NCBI GenBank assembly: GCA_016861205.1 | Contig: BOKX01000001.1 | Span: forward strand, 895,835-959,834 | Direction of reading: 5' to 3' | DNA: 64,000 bases | Origin: Patescibacteria group bacterium | GTDB taxonomy: Bacteria > Patescibacteriota > Microgenomatia > UBA1400 > PJMF01 | Shown here: positions 62,201-64,000 of the stretch, piece after piece | How positions within the stretch are numbered: the first letter of the stretch is position 1 | Layout of the letters: the number at the start of each line of letters is the position of its first letter | Made by a program: the position numbers and the translations under genes | The notes under the pieces: generated by a model | What the model was told of the DNA's origin: nothing | Database searches by the model: none | What the model saw: the letters and a program-made list of their open reading frames with translations, nothing else

Positions 62201-63636
62201 CCGTCGGCATCTAAAACTATGTCGCCATTGCTACCACTAGCAGTTTGGAAGAGGAGGCTACGACCTTCCAGAGTAAAAGTCCCAGAAAGAGACCGAATCT
62301 CCGGGTTAACTTCGCCTAAAACGACACTCCCACCACCGTCCATAAACAGGATGGTGTTCACTGTGGCTGCCCCGGTGGCAGAGATGGGGTACCCCTGCAA
62401 AGTTTCGGCGTTCAGAGCGTAAGCTACCGTGCGAATTGGTTGGCGAGGGGTCAAGGTCTCGCTGCCGACTCGGACTTCTAGGTAGGTGCTGGCGTTTTCC
62501 GAAAAGACAAACTCGTTGATTTCAGCGCCACAGGTACCGTCACCCAGATTAGTGTTGAAAATGCCATCCTGATCGGGAGTCACACTACAGCTGCCTTGCC
62601 AGAGAAGTGGGCCGGCATCACCTGGGGTGTCAGTGTAGGCGCCGTTACTGGGGTGGTTGTAGATACTGAACACCATCGAGGTGCTGCTCGTGATGGGGTT
62701 CTGGTTGGTATCAGTCAGACGACCTTGGAAGGACAATATCCGATTCGGCTCGACAGGTGTGCTGGGATAAGCGAGTGGAGTGTTGGCTGTCTTGAAGAAC
62801 TGTTGGTATCCAAACACACCTAATCCCAAGATAAATAACACCAAGATAGCCAAGTTAAGGTAGGTCACCCAACCTTGACTGGCTTTGAAGACGGAATTAA
62901 GGCGTTCAATGCCTTGTCTCCAATTTTGTCGAGTTGAGACTTTTTTGACTCGAGGTCGAGGCGGAATAATTTCTACTTGAGGTTTTTTTGGTTCCAGAGC
63001 TGGCTGGCTGACTTTTGGCTCAGCTGGTTTGATTGGAGCTGGTTCTGGATTCGGCTTGATGACAGGCATCTCAGCAACTGCTTGTACAGCCTGGACAGTT
63101 ACTGGGACCTCGAGCTGGAGTAACCCGTGTTCCTCACACCACTGCCAGAAATGCTGCAAACTCGAGGTTTTACGCTTGATACTAGAGGGTTGTAAGCCGT
63201 TTTGATCTTGGAATCGCTCAAAAGCGGCGATTTGGTTTTTGGTAAGGCCAACGCTGACCACTGAGGTCCGACAAAAAGTAAAGAATTGGCTGATATCATT
63301 GCGGTAATTTCGAACAGTGGAGTTTGAGCACTTGTTAAGCTTGAGTGCTAAAACAAACTTTGGTAAAGCGACTTCGATCTGGGAAGCTGGAAACTGGTTC
63401 AGAAACTGAGTAGCCAGTTGGTAGTGAGTGTCCGTTGGCTGTCGGTCGGCCGGTAGCTGACCGATGAAGGTGGCCCAGCCCTCAGCAGACCAGCTGCTGG
63501 GGTCAGCTTGCCAGCTACAAAACTCTGTCAAGAGGTGAGCTAGCTGACTGGCTTCTGCCGGCAGCACACCAGAGCCTTGAAAGAATGTCACGGCGGCGGC
63601 AAGTGGGGAAATCGTGCGCGGAGGTTGGGCAAGCAT
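50203..63636 (-). CDS. Giant 4477-aa surface protein: integrase N-terminal SAM-like domain, TM helix, tail-fibre-like repeats, autoproteolytic chaperone-like domain
   Basis: S.STVRNY..DI.QF...I..F...Q...L.PSSIKRK.SSL..F..W core-binding motif (~63120-63366); TM at ~62806-62863; many GNVGIGT repeats; GADVAE..GDLV..GVIST.PG..PVALVGRVPVKV near 52000-52245. Confidence 0.85.
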   Translation of the reverse strand: MLAQPPRTISPLAAAVTFFQGSGVLPAEASQLAHLLTEFCSWQADPSSWSAEGWATFIGQLPADRQPTDTHYQLATQFLNQFPASQIEVALPKFVLALKLNKCSNSTVRNYRNDISQFFTFCRTSVVSVGLTKNQIAAFERFQDQNGLQPSSIKRKTSSLQHFWQWCEEHGLLQLEVPVTVQAVQAVAEMPVIKPNPEPAPIKPAEPKVSQPALEPKKPQVEIIPPRPRVKKVSTRQNWRQGIERLNSVFKASQGWVTYLNLAILVLFILGLGVFGYQQFFKTANTPLAYPSTPVEPNRILSFQGRLTDTNQNPITSSTSMVFSIYNHPSNGAYTDTPGDAGPLLWQGSCSVTPDQDGIFNTNLGDGTCGAEINEFVFSENASTYLEVRVGSETLTPRQPIRTVAYALNAETLQGYPISATGAATVNTILFMDGGGSVVLGEVNPEIRSLSGTFTLEGRSLLFQTASGSNGDIVLDADGIGGVISRDYVYSPGATISATYAGGVPLTVQGGPSGTAHIADINNSSGTNLAYFGSDGALTVTQAAAYNSTLQANTLAFSRNAENYVSATNATGSLIFRTGGSNNRLTISSSGNFDFATGTTAFNGITYTWPGSQASGYILSTNGSGTLSWVDPALAGAGSVHWSASDGVIYPKNSTMDVLIGGQSSASAIFKFLNVNSGTPTASFSGSTAGNSLYLTGDGTIATSLSRSLLLNPNDGNVGIGTTSPRSKLQVSAQNSALAYISITSSATGHSENDGLTLGYNGGALVYNRENTPLTLATNALSRVTITGAGLVGIGENGVTSPRGTLDLRAMSGTLPVASVSGATAFATLVADNSGVGDIFTASSSGLNRFVITQNGNVGIGTSIPATLFDVVGPSAAPSGSPAFPVRVTAGTGTPGFVFERTDASRFVNLWTGTSGAVLGFTDTASRLAIGSYSYANRYNQGFPATEVMSLLPTGNVGIGSTTPAYQLEISSILPMVGLSNTGAGGTSFNLYSTGNASSYGGGRLVFRQSSTAFMTLDSNGNLGIGTTSPIADLHVVGNYGSNAALVVDQTNSGNIIAASASGTNRMVLTNAGLLGLGTTVPGQTLHVVGNAYFDTSAGELTIQNTGSGSVELLSSGSLVLDTAAASSIGFQVGNATLATLFNNNFGIGDTSPAAMLTVGNGDLFQVNSSGNIAAIGGVAHALANSSGNLVLSSNGELYLSDTRTGNIALTVADTALDAGLPQGLVDAINEIYGTTIGNSLWSTGNGALYPVNSTLDLLIGGQSTASARFAVTNVNSGAVTATMSGTTAGYALSLNGDGAIQTSLNRTLTLNATGGRVGIGTSSPDFDFAVGSITTTGRIGAAETGAWPANTDYAYFGNQALDHSATGNYALLQSNVGSTYLNAASGRQIFFALNNSVIGAVSSAGNWGIGPGFDSTNATATLDVAGSASLSGTLSFRGTTDPTINILNGESFVIRTSPGGDAGVTDKLSISNQTTSLYGNRTSGVNARLVALGGAGAPGIWLNPDNIGASDTFTILRADGGSTDNLFTIYGNARDSVNVGTISTETDHLFAVFNQTANEIAVKIRAATSQTNNLLELQNSSGTGLSAFDENGYLGIGTITPTNALELATGNFQINAQGDLRLADSDSTNYAAIQAPATIGTNYTLTLPDNDGDSGQVLSTDGSGVLSWVAAGTNYWNQTNGSLFPLNSTVDVFFGGQASASANFAFLNNNSGTPTASIAGSLTLNHTSGAIQSTNNRSLTLGGSTTGNIIMMPNNGSGGRIAVGTTAPEGFAHLYRSSSTRGYSLDGNDMLVLEAFSTNRLKWVSGNTAHQILSFSDQDSEDMGVISYMHDIDAMGFATNGTTAMRINSSQNIGIGTTTINERLQIAGGNIFINTQGNMRFGDSDSSNYAAIQAPATIGTNYTLTLPDTDGDSGQVLSTDGSGVLSWTSAATLSSIFWYQGNGALYPANSTVDVLFGGQSSASADIAFINLNSGTPTASISGNLTLNSAGVIATTNQQPLNIGDSNTGNINFYSDGTHLMTMRPDGNIGIGTTSSNRVLTIVDADGVSSNTQLLYLKQQNSDAGYSFNLEDASSGRLYVQGVTGGSESNIMTFDRNLNNVGIGTTAPTNVATGWGGASQVSRLWLRSTGGSDYTSLVIAGSAGGAIQFTDTSGTPTADFGTSNGSEIGFANRQNAAINFYTNGANNRMTITGAGNVGVGGDTTPDSLFSVGSTSQFQINSSGIISVIDSVAHVIEDVSGNLRLSSNSTQIDLNDNVFLPAQSDLRLADSDSTNYVALQAPATVGSDVTLTLPDTAGSTGQVLSTDGSGVLSWTTVATLANVFWYQGNGALYPANSTVDLLIGGQSTASARFAVTNINGSGNVTASMSGTTAGNALSLTGDGVITTSLNRTLVLNPTGGRVGINTTSGNINDTLTVNGGIWANSGGPSSPFLIRAGGGDGQGNMLSAGIQGGNNSGGGNAYVTFGTFLNTGTTAGNYMAMTRGGNVGFGTTAPLGRFVVTGTANAAGNALAMFNQTGSDDILAASASGTRRLSLSNAGNLVLYQASTLQTTTGDLTLNIGGGDLIFTDTNTFNVGGSGSDVAYNVIGDSTAGASASMDSDDDLYIEGNLEADGTVVNFTNATVTASDFSCTDCIDFTEFVDSPTLDNQFLLSQGSYPWQQEYTGTAGIGYSVISNTMTTGIASYFSSTYNPAGTGGITANIFNVTNSNSSGTTDLAGVDVRLTNNPSTSGNTEYALQVRNMGTSNTTDNNVTALLRLDNQDTSGTGSTVVQNAIYITNSGNISGGIVNAINIADADVTTDISFQNGETIDNDVDGTLSLTAGTVEIVGNLLPDGNDTRDLGSDTLRWQDLYLGPSSLHIGSSGDEGIMSYNTTSDYFNFSQNVSIAGQTRIGNFGSNPTALGAGSMYYNTGDNIPYYYNGSTWVGIASTSQAVNYWRIIDGAFSPANDTTDLLIGGSASSSADFAFINVNSGTPTASISGNITLNSAGVIATTNQRTLTLGDANTGNLSFVSDGTTAMTILPSGNVGIGTTSPSQALQVVGNITGNGYVNASTDFRLGGAQTVDFSGTTARFAAHGSWTDVALMTSGIDRLHINSDGNVGIGTTAPHADLHVVGNYSSNAALVIDQLNSGDILSASVSGVTRFRVDTNGYAIAQRFSDMANEAFYLDPAATGTALNIAGDAIFGADAILNIGGNGSTVNYNLMADSTAGASGSMSTDNDLYIQGDLEVDGTTVFGNLAYTWPTSQTAGYILQTNGSGTLTWANPETSLGAYWRLYQGALSPTNNTLDLLVGGLATDSANFAFLNNVSGGFPTASISGDITLGGSGGTIRSTSSRPITIGGATTGNIYLNPLNGVGRVGINTTAPTYNLHLVTTSGDTTFAMGDADVAHGITGVTTTNTIFHIGAISGTNGGAMLTGFADQVSGAQALELRGYSGSTNPTDTVPMIMLTGARRSGTGVVDLAAAETVFQVRNNDNAADLTLLGNGDLGIGTTAPAYGLHFERASTRATMMFRSFAGGDPYAEFQMSSVDGGASNIIFSHNDGATELGNLWQISADSGADEFILNNYYLSDPGSNGSYALHIDGVTNRTILGDSRSYLGLLHLQTGGDTPAFGKAVLTINQTESNGDLFTASASGTTRFVLTNSGGMGVNTPNANLLGAVDVRGYSSSLPIATFSGSTSGVGLRVENNGSGDIFRAGVSGRHVMSVRNNGSVAIGTTQGGGTRLWVTSEGGTPFGATGTSVGSHLLSTFEVMSAWSTNDVGTANEYFMLLRTDEDGTPDNEYRLETNGQAYADGAWNGGGADVAEMYKVLGNAEEGDLVAITTAPVAEPGKTLSKSSGVSYDSMVVGVISTDPGLVAGWGDTEGGEVVDTQPVALVGRVPVKVSLENGPIAVGDPLTSASQPGVAMKATKAGRIIGYALEAYDGTHKLSAGTLKVEQDRLAGSSERQPLPEPQAGTGKVMVFVNTSYFDPSIRITSSGDVTIAGNDSAPVATATYNASYNGNLLEKVDAFAELAVANLKAGVIRTRQLLAEVRIQTPEVKTDLITPVGDTVNVKLSDNNDRFQVTNQNNQPVASIDDQGNTQLAGDLTVNGTSRLGSLLSDNASISGTATISGQLDATSARIAALEGKVAEFEQIKADTAELITATISGTLYADNIDGFDDKVATAIQKPSLLAQLLGEPDNASTAASVASLFSVIDQAGYSATGSAIMNKSLSDLNLASTDVSIGADAAFINRYFEVNGSAYFGDSVGIANQLLIGEGTQLSDGVLSYLDSANPAETVFEIQPHGQGTLSMMAGLLSLKSNGQVIVTGDLTVAGTVTVEDSLLTDLIQPTDFTNPLQVKVAGVATESGEVRESRFEIVDELGTPVATISADGRANFAGGIGVGAQDLSGNENQAETTKTSGKAVVKQGQTEMVIKSEQITSETVVQVTPLGSTNNQVLYVKSITPENPSTSEKEGQFVVGFDTALPDRDVQFTWWLLN
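53684..61715 (-). repeat. Seven copies of a ~45-aa module inside the giant gene
   Basis: W...GALYP.NST.DLLIGGQS.ASA.F...N.NSGTPTAS.SG at about 61580-61715, 59780-59915, 58475-58612, 57690-57826, 56530-56671, 54698-54835 and 53684-53827. Confidence 0.85.
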
Positions 63637-64000
63637 ATACTCAAACTAGATCATTAGACGTCGGTGGGTTTTTAGTAATCTGGCCAGATGTATTAGACAC
63701 TTTAGACACCACTTCAATCAGTTTAGTTTTCTCGAGAAGCCCAGTCAATCATCGAGTTCCAGGCTAAGTTAAAAAGGCGACCAAATCTGAGTTGAGAAGG
63801 GTCAAGTTGGCCAAAAACAGAGTTTGTTTTCACGCGTTTTCATGAATATCAAACCGACTCAAAGAGTGGGGTTTCCAGGTGGTTGTGGGCAGACTTCTAT
63901 ATATGCCCAATTAGTTTTCCACAGAAACCAGGTGTGGTGTGACGCTTGAAAGTGAGGTGGTGAATGTAGTAAAAATGAAACAGGCCGATTGTGGAGTACT

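Noticed and set aside
50208-63299. Many antisense and alternative-frame ORFs inside the giant gene and other long CDSs
   Set aside because: These are shadow ORFs expected from codon bias in Gly/Thr/Ser-rich genes; they show no start signals or motifs.
63100-63636. Integrase or prophage call from the SAM-like domain and tail-fibre-like repeats
   Set aside because: There is no catalytic recombinase domain, att site, or capsid/terminase/portal gene; the protein is TM-anchored in a chromosomal context.
50203-63636. Diversity-generating retroelement target or shufflon
   Set aside because: No reverse transcriptase, adenine-specific TR/VR pair, invertase or inverted cassettes are visible in the window.
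63880-64000. oriC at the right edge (TTTTCCACA at ~63915)
   Set aside because: Only one near-match DnaA box, and the context is cut off by the window end.

Overview
This window looks like chromosome from a reduced-genome Patescibacteria (CPR) bacterium, probably Microgenomates. That assignment is inferred from the DUF4012 protein, truncated ValS, orphan TM-anchored solute-binding protein, VirB4/HerA-like ATPase, GspG-like pilin trio and giant GNVGIGT-repeat surface protein. Housekeeping genes are rnhA (3' end), rplY, valS, fbaB, pgk, rpsA, radA, rho and obgE. Cell-envelope genes encode VanW, LysM, M23, sortase and O-antigen-ligase/TPR proteins. A tRNA-Ala-23S-5S unit has its own promoter and no 16S gene. 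Four observations stand out. (1) A 4477-aa protein joins a cytoplasmic tyrosine-recombinase core-binding (SAM-like) DNA-binding domain, with no catalytic domain, through one TM helix to a modular phage-fibre-like extracellular region with an autoproteolytic chaperone-like domain. (2) An ORF-free ~300-nt chain of seven hairpins lies behind a near-consensus sigma70 promoter and DnaA boxes (39.15-39.62 kb); it is a candidate new ncRNA. (3) A complete leader-peptide attenuator (poly-Gly frame, with an overlapping WWR frame) precedes an unannotated 59-aa gene. (4) Leaderless gene starts are pervasive. I saw no CRISPR array, IS element or prophage. All family assignments come from motif recognition by eye, not from database searches.
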